A stretch of DNA of 64,000 nt, taken from NCBI GenBank assembly GCA_965262115.1, contig OZ253496.1:1504001-1568000 (forward strand), in the 5' to 3' direction. Source of the stretch: Nitrospinales bacterium. GTDB taxonomy: Bacteria; Nitrospinota; Nitrospinia; Nitrospinales; VA-1. Below the pieces are notes generated by a model. That model was not told where the DNA came from. It saw nothing but the letters and a program-made list of their open reading frames with translations, and made no database searches. Both the position numbers and the translations under genes were made by a program. Below, piece by piece: positions 44,571-53,331 of the stretch (position 1 is its first letter; each line of letters starts with the position of its first letter).

Positions 44571-45095
44571 CTAACTTTGAAGCGACTTAGAGACTTTGAT
44601 CAATTGGTCCGACAATTTGCGAATGCGCTGTTCGATTTCAGGATCGGCCAGGTTGTCTCCTTCAAAAGCCGCACCTGTAACGTAAACGAATCGGGGCAGG
44701 ACGATACATCGAAAGTCCAGCATCAGGCTGTTAGCCAGGCTCATGATGGACATATAACTGCCTTGTCCTCCAGCGGCACAAAGAAACCCCACCACCTTAT
44801 CTTCCCAACTTTTTCCGGTAAGCTCGATCAGGTTCTTCGCGGCGGCATTGGCATCGTAGTTATAAATGGGGACGGAAAGCAAAATCCCCTCAGCTTTTTT
44901 AACTCGTTCAGCAACAGATATTACCTCCGGTTGTGCGTAAGCCGAATCTCCATCACAAAGAGGTAAGGGAATATCCTTTAGAGACATAAAATCTACCGTT
45001 GCACCTGCTTGACGTAGTGCTTCCTCGGCCTGTTGTGCCAGGACACGGCTACGGCTTTCAGGGTTGAGACTACAGGCCACAATTAAATAAGACAT
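44571..45095 (-). CDS. NADPH-dependent FMN reductase family protein
   Basis: S...SRS, PIYNY, KNLIE, AGG. Confidence 0.85.
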   Translation of the reverse strand: MSYLIVACSLNPESRSRVLAQQAEEALRQAGATVDFMSLKDIPLPLCDGDSAYAQPEVISVAERVKKAEGILLSVPIYNYDANAAAKNLIELTGKSWEDKVVGFLCAAGGQGSYMSIMSLANSLMLDFRCIVLPRFVYVTGAAFEGDNLADPEIEQRIRKLSDQLIKVSKSLQS

Positions 45096-45200
45096 TTATT
45101 TCTCCAGATTCAAAATGGTTATCACGGAAATGATTCAAATCTTTTCCCGTTGGCTTTCCATCTTATTTACAGTATAAAATTCCAGTTATAAAATTTAATT

Positions 45201-45926
45201 TTGGGAAATTTTCCATTGCCTTTATCGTCTTATAAAGCGGTTTTTTTTGATGTCGGGGGGACTCTGATCCACGTTCACCCGTCGGTCGGGGATGTCTATG
45301 CCCGACACGCCCGCCCCTTCGGCTATTCGGGTTCTGTCGAGGTTTTAAACGAAGAGTTTCGCGCGCAATGGAAGAAAATGGGGGGTATCGAGTCTTTGGG
45401 CAATCAGAGCGGAGCCGAAGCGGAAAGAAATTTTTGGCGCAAATTGGTTTATGAGGTGTTTCAACCGCTGGGAGGGCTCGACCGGTTTGAAGAATACTTT
45501 GATCTCATTTTTGAGGCGTTTCGAGAGAAATCCAACTGGCGCGTTTATGAAGATGTGATCGAATCAAAAATTCTCGAAACTCTGAAAAAAAGAGGCGTGG
45601 TGTTGGGGGTCATTTCTAACTGGGACTCGCGGTTGACCTCCACCCTGGAAAATATTGGTCTCGCGCGGTATTTTGATTTTATCTTACCCTCTGCTGTGGT
45701 CGGTTCGGCAAAGCCCGATAAAAAAATATTTGAGGAAGCGTTAAGACGAAGTGGTGTCCAGCCTCATGAAGCCTGCCATATCGGCGATGAAATGCGAACC
45801 GATGTAGATGGGGCCCAGGCGGCTGGTATACATCCTATCCTGCTGGACCGGGACAACCGTTTTGACTTGGCGGGAGTGACGAAAGTTGCTTCCCTTAGAG
45901 AACTGAATCCGTCGGCTGAATTGTGA
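45201..45926 (+). CDS. HAD-IA hydrolase
   Basis: FFDVGGTL, ISNWD, KPD, HIGD..D; start uncertain. Confidence 0.88.
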   Translation: MGNFPLPLSSYKAVFFDVGGTLIHVHPSVGDVYARHARPFGYSGSVEVLNEEFRAQWKKMGGIESLGNQSGAEAERNFWRKLVYEVFQPLGGLDRFEEYFDLIFEAFREKSNWRVYEDVIESKILETLKKRGVVLGVISNWDSRLTSTLENIGLARYFDFILPSAVVGSAKPDKKIFEEALRRSGVQPHEACHIGDEMRTDVDGAQAAGIHPILLDRDNRFDLAGVTKVASLRELNPSAEL

Positions 45927-45951
45927 AGCGGGGAAAGTGGATAGGCGGCTT

Positions 45952-46110
45952 TTAAGCCTTATAGCCTTTTATGCCATCCAGTTTAGCATTTTTAAAGCTG
46001 GCGTCTTTAGTATCGGCTTTGGTCAAGTCTGCTTTGGAGAGATCCGCCCCATGGAAAGAGACGGCGTTGAGGTCGGCCTCCCTCAAATTGCTACTGACCA
46101 GAGATGCGAA
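45952..46110 (-). pseudogene. Pentapeptide-repeat protein C-terminal remnant
   Basis: SNLRE ADLNA VSFHG ADLSK ADLTK ADTKD ASFKN AKLDG; overlaps the end of the upstream gene. Confidence 0.65.
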
Positions 46111-47614
46111 GGTCATGCCGACCGTTTTTTTTTTGCTTTTCCCGGAATTCCAGAGCCAATAAAAAATAAAAAGGGAGATACTCCACCCAGGGGATCCATG
46201 GGCTAAATGCTTGAAGTTCTTGATAATCAAAATAAAAGTCGAGGTAATAAAGGCCCACCAGTCCGGTCAATACCATCCACGACCGCGCGGGGAAGATACA
46301 CAAAAATGGCACCACCCAGCAGAGATACCACGGGTTCTGCACCGGACTGAGGAGAAATACCAAAGCCATGATCCAGAAAAGCCCGCGAACAAATTCTTCG
46401 GGTTGTTGAAGGAGAGAAGCCCCCTTAACCAGTAACCAGAATAAAACCCCGATTAATGTAAGGGCCACTGTAACCTTGCTCAGAAAAATTGGCAGGGGAT
46501 TGGAAAAAATCGTTTCACTCGCGAACCCACCCGACACATTGTTAAAGATGAAAACCAGAATAGCAAAAATGCTGTCGTTGCTCTGCCAGTACAGGCTGAA
46601 GGCTTTGAGTCCATCAAACATCTGCAATCCGATCCCCATAAAGGGTAGATACCCCAAAATGGCCACTCCGAGAAACAGACTGGTATTGCCGAAAGGAGTC
46701 AGCCAGGCTTTCCCCCCCGACTGGCGCATTTTTTCATAACCGGCCTTGAGGTATAGGGGAAGCAAAATCACGGGGTACAGTTTTCCCAGAAGGCCAAAGG
46801 CCAGAAACAGGGTCGCCAAGGTATGGCGGTGACAAAGCAAAAAATAAATGGAGCCAGTGAGCAGGGATATACCGATGATATCCAAATGGGTCGAGTTAAA
46901 AGTTTCCTTGATGATCAGAGGGCTCCAGAAATAAATCAGGCAAGCGGATTTATCTATCCCCAACCTCGAAAGAATGCCAACGATAAAAACTAAAGTCATG
47001 ATGTCGAAAATTAAAAATCCGGAACGCAGGGCGACAATGCTGTCGGGTTTTATCTGATGCGCCAGGCGGAACACAAACTGCGCCATCGGTGGGTAGATGG
47101 TGGGCACATCTGGATGGTTCACCCGTTCCAAGTATTTAAGGGATTGGGGAGACGCCCATTTCAACGCATCCAGTTGTTCCAGTTCGCGCTCGTTGCGTTC
47201 AACATAAGTTTCATAATAGCTTTCTGGATTCTGAATCCTTAGCGCCTTGAAGTCGTGCGCTTCGGCGGGGGCGTATTCAAATGGATTGATTCCATTCGCG
47301 AATACTTTTCCATCCCATAAATAGCGGTAGACGTCATCTTCCTGAATCTGCTGAGAGGGGAGGATGGCGGCACGAAACAACAGGCCGAACACGATGATCA
47401 TCCAAAAACTGCCTGCGTCTCCGGGACGCTTGCGCACGATATACCAAGTGAGGCCATAAAGTGTACACAGGGAAAAATAAACAACAAGATAAGTGAGGAG
47501 GGGTCTTTCTGAATATCCCTCTCCCCAGTTGAATTGGTGGGAAAGCTGGGTCAGGAAACCATAAAGCAGGAGGCTGGCTGTCCCCGTTAACAGGATAGGG
47601 AGTCGGGAACGCAT
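46091..47614 (-). CDS. GT-C fold membrane glycosyltransferase (GT87/DUF2029-like)
   Basis: DDVYRYLWDG...G.NPF, TIYPP, H.D, PWY; multiple TM segments. Confidence 0.8.
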   Translation of the reverse strand: MRSRLPILLTGTASLLLYGFLTQLSHQFNWGEGYSERPLLTYLVVYFSLCTLYGLTWYIVRKRPGDAGSFWMIIVFGLLFRAAILPSQQIQEDDVYRYLWDGKVFANGINPFEYAPAEAHDFKALRIQNPESYYETYVERNERELEQLDALKWASPQSLKYLERVNHPDVPTIYPPMAQFVFRLAHQIKPDSIVALRSGFLIFDIMTLVFIVGILSRLGIDKSACLIYFWSPLIIKETFNSTHLDIIGISLLTGSIYFLLCHRHTLATLFLAFGLLGKLYPVILLPLYLKAGYEKMRQSGGKAWLTPFGNTSLFLGVAILGYLPFMGIGLQMFDGLKAFSLYWQSNDSIFAILVFIFNNVSGGFASETIFSNPLPIFLSKVTVALTLIGVLFWLLVKGASLLQQPEEFVRGLFWIMALVFLLSPVQNPWYLCWVVPFLCIFPARSWMVLTGLVGLYYLDFYFDYQELQAFSPWIPWVEYLPFYFLLALEFREKQKKNGRHDLRISGQ

Positions 47615-47620
47615 ACCCGG

Positions 47621-48489
47621 CTAGGGATTGTGGGCAAAAGAGCTCTGCCCCTCCAGGGTTTTCAACTCTTCGATTTCTTGATCTGCAAGAATTTTATAAA
47701 TATCCAGAACGCTTCGGTGTACATAGGGATCGTCATTTTTCAAGGCCAGGGCAGACCAGTAGCGGGAAAGGGCCTCCCGGAACATTTTTTTCTTCTTATA
47801 CAAGTCCCCGAGTTTGACATAAATTTCCAACCGCTTTGGTTCCAGAACTGAAACCCTTTCAAAATAGTTCGCGGCCTCAAAATAATCTCCCGACCGTTTA
47901 TATTCTTCAGCCAGAGCTTCCAGATAAGCAGGGTTCTCTGCTTCCAGATCAATGGATTGTTTCAGGTGCTCAATGCCTTGAGCAAACTTTTCCCGTTTCA
48001 GGTGCAACCGCCCCAGCCGATAGTGGGTGAGAGCATGTCGGCTATCAATACTCAAGGCCTTGAGATATTTTTGCTCCGCCTCGGCAAACTTTCCTTCCCG
48101 CTCCTTGAACTCTCCCAATCAGGATTTTTATTTGCCGCAGTTTCAAGTTGCCTGAAAGCCTCGTCCCGGTTTCCCTTGTTGTAATGAATTCCCGCCAGGT
48201 TAATGCGGCTGAAAGTGTCTTCGGTGATTTTCAGGATATCCCGGTAAAGGTTTTCGGCCTGGTCGGTCTTGTCCTGGTCCTGATATACAATGGCCAGGTT
48301 GTACATAGAGAAGGTGTCGTTGGGGTTTTTCCGGAGTGCCAGGTTGTACTCTTCAATGGCTTTGGCCAGTTCCTGATTGTCGTAGTGCTCCACGCCTTTG
48401 TTGAAGTGGCTGTCGATAGGAGCGGGAACATTGGCGCAGCCGAAGAAAAATAAAGCCGCTATTATAACCCCGTTGTTTATTTTAATCAT
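47621..48489 (-). pseudogene. TPR lipoprotein, split near 48119
   Basis: FFGC lipobox; TPR repeats continue in a second frame after NKNPD. Confidence 0.78.
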
Positions 48490-48495
48490 CGTTGT

Positions 48496-49611
48496 CTAAT
48501 TGCCGGATACTTTGTCCAGCCGTTTCATCCGGATGTTGGCTTGTCCGGGAGCAGTGGCCTCCGCGGGTGGAACGGGCACTTCATCAGATTTGCGAATCAG
48601 TTTCCAGGGGTTCCGTTTCAAGTCTTCGGTCAGGGATTTCAGGTTTTGCGATGTTTCGTTCATGTTCTGGATAAGTTGAAGCAGGTTTCTGCGGTTTTCC
48701 ACCATGATGGAGTTGCCCTGGCCGAGAGTCTGTTCAACGCTCGTTGCGGTGCGGTCTATATCGATGGTGATTTCCCGTGCGTTCGTTTCCATACTATTGA
48801 TCAAACTGGTTACACCCGGTCGCGTGTCAGCAAGCAGGATTTCCATTTCCCGCGTCAGGTTATGAATCTGATCGATGATTTTGCGGATGTCCTTATCCTT
48901 GTCGGTGAACAGCTTGTCGGTTTTTTCTGAAACCGAAGCCACATGGTCGAAAGTGGATTGCAGTTTGCCGCTGTTTTTATCCAGCATGTCGGAAACCTTT
49001 TCGGAAATCTCCAGGGCATTTTCCATATTGGCCCGGATATATTTGCGGTTTTCTTCCAAGATCGTATCGACATTTGCGAGAGAGGTTCGAACATCTTTTA
49101 ATGTGGCACGGGCATCGGTAACAAGTTCCCCTGTCAGTTGGGTAAAACGCCGGATCTCCAACACCACCTCGGTAGCCATGTCGCCAATTTTAGCGATTTC
49201 AAACGAGTCCTCCCCAATCAACTCCTCATTGTCCTCTAAAGGTGGTGACCCTTGCGTACCGGGCCGCACGTCTATATAAAGCCCTCCCATCAGTCCGGAA
49301 GTTTTGATCATGGCGACGGAATTCTTTTTGATGATGATCTGAGGGTTGATTTCGGCCATCACTACCACTCGGTCATGGCCCTGATCATCCCCTAGCAATT
49401 CTATGTCCCTGACCGAGCCAATATCGAGCCCGGCATAACGTACCGGCGCGCCCACTTCCATCCCACCCGTAAAATTGAACACGATACGCAACATCTTCAT
49501 GGGTTTGAAATAATCCTTAATATCGCCCAACACGAAGATCATTACGATCAAAACCACCATGCTGACGAAAATAAAAAACCCGGCTTTAACTTCTGAGGAA
49601 CGATATTCCAT
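48496..49611 (-). CDS. MCE/MlaD family protein with long helical tail
   Basis: N-terminal TM, GAPVRYAG..IGSV, GLMGG.YI..PG, LKRNPW. Confidence 0.9.
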   Translation of the reverse strand: MEYRSSEVKAGFFIFVSMVVLIVMIFVLGDIKDYFKPMKMLRIVFNFTGGMEVGAPVRYAGLDIGSVRDIELLGDDQGHDRVVVMAEINPQIIIKKNSVAMIKTSGLMGGLYIDVRPGTQGSPPLEDNEELIGEDSFEIAKIGDMATEVVLEIRRFTQLTGELVTDARATLKDVRTSLANVDTILEENRKYIRANMENALEISEKVSDMLDKNSGKLQSTFDHVASVSEKTDKLFTDKDKDIRKIIDQIHNLTREMEILLADTRPGVTSLINSMETNAREITIDIDRTATSVEQTLGQGNSIMVENRRNLLQLIQNMNETSQNLKSLTEDLKRNPWKLIRKSDEVPVPPAEATAPGQANIRMKRLDKVSGN

Positions 49612-49614
49612 AGA

Positions 49615-50421
49615 TCAGGCTCGACTCATTTCTTTAAGTTCTTCCCCATAATCTGTCTGGCTTTTGCTGAACGGAATGGGTCCGTCCGGACTGCCTTCAA
49701 TAAACTGGATCACTTTTGGGTCATCGCTGTTCCTGATTTCCTCCGGCGTACCCTCCGCGATGATCTTGCCTTTGAAGAGCATAATAATTTTATCCGAAAT
49801 ACGCATGGCGCTGGGGATTTCGTGCGTGACCACCACCGAGGTGATGCCCATTTTCCTGCTGAGGTCCATGATCAACTTGTCAATCACGCCAATGGAAATT
49901 GGATCCAGTCCCGCCGATGGCTCATCATAAAAAACAATTTTTGGATCGAGAGCGATGGCCCGGGCCAGGGCAATGCGTTTGATCATGCCGCCGGAAAGTT
50001 GGGCTGGCTTGAGGTGCTCCGCTCCTCTTAGCCCGACCATTTCCAGTTTCATCTTAACCATGATAAGAATGGTGCCCTCGTTGAGGTCGGTATGCTCCCG
50101 CATGGGCAAGGCGACATTGTCCTCCACCGTCAGGGAGTTGAACAAGGCTCCGCTTTGGAACATGATGCCAAACTTTTTGCGGACACGATTGATCTCCTCG
50201 CCCTTGAACTGGCTGACTTCTTCGCCATCAATCCAAATTTCTCCCGAGTCGGGGCGATAAGCCCCTATTAAATGTTTGAGGACGGTGCTTTTGCCACTGC
50301 CACTGCCGCCAATGATGGAAGTGATCTGGCCTTTCTCCATGTGCGCGTTGAAATCTTCCAGAACAGTGATGCGCTGGTCGCCTTCTCCAAACGATTTTTT
50401 CAGGTTCTTGATTTGTATCAT
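49615..50421 (-). CDS. MlaF-like ABC ATPase
   Basis: GGSGSGKS, FQSGALF, LSGGM, YDEPSAGLDP, VTH. Confidence 0.93.
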   Translation of the reverse strand: MIQIKNLKKSFGEGDQRITVLEDFNAHMEKGQITSIIGGSGSGKSTVLKHLIGAYRPDSGEIWIDGEEVSQFKGEEINRVRKKFGIMFQSGALFNSLTVEDNVALPMREHTDLNEGTILIMVKMKLEMVGLRGAEHLKPAQLSGGMIKRIALARAIALDPKIVFYDEPSAGLDPISIGVIDKLIMDLSRKMGITSVVVTHEIPSAMRISDKIIMLFKGKIIAEGTPEEIRNSDDPKVIQFIEGSPDGPIPFSKSQTDYGEELKEMSRA

Positions 50422-51239
50422 CAGAGTACAAAGAAAAATAAGGATGTAAATATCAGATCGGCGATGATCACCAAAATCATCGATACCACCACGGCCGTGC
50501 GGGTGTTCTGCCCGACCATTTCCGCTCCGCCTTCAATAACGAAGGCCATATAACTGCCAACCATGACAATAATGACAGCAAATACTGCACTCTTGATCAG
50601 CCCGGTCACGACATCCTTCATCACCATGGCGTCCAGGGAGTTGTTGACATAGGTCACCGGGTCGATTCCCAACGTGGTGACGCCAATCAAAAACCCGCCT
50701 AATATCCCCATCAAGTCTGCCATGATGGTCAGGCAGGGGAGCATGATTAAAAGAGCGATAAACCGGGGAGTGATTAAAAACTTAACGGGATCCAACGCCA
50801 TGATCTCAAGGGCCAGCACTTCATCGGAAACCTTCATCGTCCCCATTTCGGCGGTGAACGCGGCCCCAACCCGTCCAGACATGACCAGTGCCGTCATCAA
50901 CGGCCCCAGCTCACGCAAAATGGCAACCCCCACCAATGCGCCAACAAACTCCAAGGCCCCCAACCGGCTCAACTGGTGTGCCGACTGAAACGCAAGAATG
51001 ACCCCGATCAGAAACGAAACCAGAAAAACAATGGTGGTGGACTTGACCCCAACCTCTTCCATCTGTGTCCACACCGGACGCCATTTATTGGGTTTGCCGC
51101 GCAAGGGTTCTATGAAGGTGCAATATAAAGTGGAACGGGTGAGATAATACAACCCGCTGATTTCCTTGAAAAAATTTTCCAAGACATCAGTGAGCTCGAA
51201 TCCCCTTCTCCCTATAAACCCGAAAAATGATCTGACCAT
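50421..51239 (-). CDS. MlaE-like ABC permease
   Basis: LRELGPLMTA..GRVG, AEMGTMKV, PRF. Confidence 0.93.
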   Translation of the reverse strand: MVRSFFGFIGRRGFELTDVLENFFKEISGLYYLTRSTLYCTFIEPLRGKPNKWRPVWTQMEEVGVKSTTIVFLVSFLIGVILAFQSAHQLSRLGALEFVGALVGVAILRELGPLMTALVMSGRVGAAFTAEMGTMKVSDEVLALEIMALDPVKFLITPRFIALLIMLPCLTIMADLMGILGGFLIGVTTLGIDPVTYVNNSLDAMVMKDVVTGLIKSAVFAVIIVMVGSYMAFVIEGGAEMVGQNTRTAVVVSMILVIIADLIFTSLFFFVL

Positions 51240-51375
51240 GAAAATGCTAATGCCCGTTAGAAATGGAACAAAAGGTTAACGAACCCGCATCACGATTCTC
51301 ACGTACAAGGTCCTCATCTAGAAGCGCAACAAATGTTGTTCGCTCTAAAAGGCCTCAACTCACTGCCTGCGGAGG

Positions 51376-51711
51376 CTACTCCGTAAGGGCTTGTTCTTTT
51401 GTGTCGAAAACTTCAAACACGCTTAACAGACGTGCGATCTCAAACACGTCCTTGACGCCGGGGTTCAAAGCCGCAAGGCGGAATTTGTTCTTGCTGTTGT
51501 GGCTCCATTGCAAGCCTTCCACAAGAGTGGCGATGCCAGAGCTGTCAATGTAGGAAACTCCTGATAAATCCACAACGATGACCTTATTGTTGTTCTGAAA
51601 AAGAGGAGCCAAAGCATCTCTAACTTTGGTCGAAGAACTCATGTCGATATCGCCAGTAACTTCGAGGGTCACCGTATCCCCGGCTTTATCCAGTTTTAAA
51701 TCTATACTCAT
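51376..51711 (-). CDS. STAS anti-sigma-factor antagonist (RsbV/SpoIIAA-like)
   Basis: GDID, DLSGVSYIDSSG, VFEIARL; AGAGG RBS. Confidence 0.9.
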   Translation of the reverse strand: MSIDLKLDKAGDTVTLEVTGDIDMSSSTKVRDALAPLFQNNNKVIVVDLSGVSYIDSSGIATLVEGLQWSHNSKNKFRLAALNPGVKDVFEIARLLSVFEVFDTKEQALTE

Positions 51712-51713
51712 AG

Positions 51714-52151
51714 TTACCTCTTGTCCTGTGTCGACGTCAGTCCGGTTCTTAATTTTTTTATCATGGTCAGCAATGTGCCCTTGGCCCGGTTGGTGCAATA
51801 GCTGACCTCATCCATAATTTCATTCATGAAATGGGTGCCCAGTCCACCCGGTTTTACATCCCCCAGGCTCCGCGGTTTTATCTGGTCAAGATCGCATTGT
51901 TTGCCGTAGTCGCGAATCTGAACTTTGAAGTTATCCTCTTCAATGGTGAAGGTGGCCTCAATCAGTTCATCGCAGGAACCTTCGTAACTGTGCTTGATCA
52001 CGTTCGCGCAGGCCTCATCGACACAAAGGATCAGGCGGCGGGCTGTATCCTCGGGCACATCATGGCTGTCCAAAAGCTCCTGCAAAACTTTACGAATCAA
52101 TCCCAGGTATTTCGGGTCACTCGGTATAGAAAGTTTGATGGGTTGGGGCAT
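51714..52151 (-). CDS. RsbW-like anti-sigma kinase (HATPase)
   Basis: DEACANVIKH, RDYG, GGLG..M..IMDEV. Confidence 0.9.
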   Translation of the reverse strand: MPQPIKLSIPSDPKYLGLIRKVLQELLDSHDVPEDTARRLILCVDEACANVIKHSYEGSCDELIEATFTIEEDNFKVQIRDYGKQCDLDQIKPRSLGDVKPGGLGTHFMNEIMDEVSYCTNRAKGTLLTMIKKLRTGLTSTQDKR

Positions 52152-52315
52152 AGGTCCTCGCTGGTATTAATTTAAAACTATTATAACGATCAAACCCCCG
52201 TTATTTCAATCATATCACCCACTGACGCGGGGAGCAATGGGCAATAGGTATAAAGCGGTCAGGTGTTGTTGAAGGCTGAAAAAGTCGAGTTAGTTGTCTG
52301 TGGCGCCTTGCTGCT

Positions 52316-52775
52316 TTATAAGGCTTTAAAGGTCAGGGAGGTGAGGTCGTCGAACTGGGGGGCGTCGCCGATGAATTGTTTGATGGAGGTTTCCAGATTT
52401 TGCAGGAATTCTTTCGCTTGGGCGGTATTGTCGGCAAACAGGTTTTTCAACCGATCGACTCCGAATTCCTTCTGCTGTTTGTTTTTGGGTTCGGTCACTC
52501 CATCGGTGAAAATAAGAATCTCGTCCCCGCTTTTAAGGCAATGTTCTTCCTGGCTGTATTGCATATGCACCCTCATCGACCAGCAATAAACTGCAGGCAT
52601 CGGCATTCATGACTTTTTTGGCAACATTCATGATGGTGTCGAGAAGATTGGCGAGATTCGGTTCGGAATTGATCAGGGAGGTGATTTTGTAGCAGGTTTC
52701 CAACTGGTCGATCCGCCGTTCCATTTGGGCCAGCCGTGAATCTGTGGAAGGCAATGCGTCTTTATCTGTACTCAT
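52316..52775 (-). pseudogene. GAF-SpoIIE (RsbU-like) phosphatase with large internal deletion
   Basis: GAF start (LLDTIM..A..ADACSLLLVDE) joined out of frame near 52570 to the SpoIIE end (FTDGVTE..QFDDLT). Confidence 0.82.
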
Positions 52776-52965
52776 GGTCCTCCATATCAGGAGAGGTGAC
52801 TTGTAAGGCCGAGATAACTCGTTGCTTGCTTGATGGGTTACTCTTATTGCCACCGGCGGCTCGCCGGTTGGCCTCACGCCGAGTGGTGGAGAAATAACTT
52901 TAACTTAGCCGCTAAGATAGCTAAAATGTGATAGTGGGTCAAACCGTTTCCCCAATATCTCGTTT

Positions 52966-53286
52966 ATGGACAGAAAGCTAAAACAAAGCTCAAGCGGGAA
53001 CTGGTCAGAAATTAGGTCGGTTCTTTTTCAGTCTCTTCCTGATGAAATGTTTTCCAAGGCGAATCAACAGGAATGGCTGACCTATCATTGGAACCTGGTA
53101 GTGGGAAAAGAAATTTCAGGGGTTTCCACCATTGACAAGGTGGCGCGGGGGATACTCCATGTACGGGTAGAGGGTAAGGAGTGGGTGCCAGTTTTGGATC
53201 TGTTAAAAAGCAAAATCGTGCAGGAAATAAATAGCAGGGCAGGTGAACCGTTGTTAAACGGTATTGTGTTTAAGGCAGTGGCCTGA
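52966..53286 (+). CDS. DUF721/DciA-like protein
   Basis: W..VVG..I, G.L.V.V...W...L...K..I...IN pattern. Confidence 0.75.
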   Translation: MDRKLKQSSSGNWSEIRSVLFQSLPDEMFSKANQQEWLTYHWNLVVGKEISGVSTIDKVARGILHVRVEGKEWVPVLDLLKSKIVQEINSRAGEPLLNGIVFKAVA

Positions 53287-53331
53287 TATGCTCTAAAGAA
53301 AAATTTTCTATATGTCAGGGCAATCCAGAAG

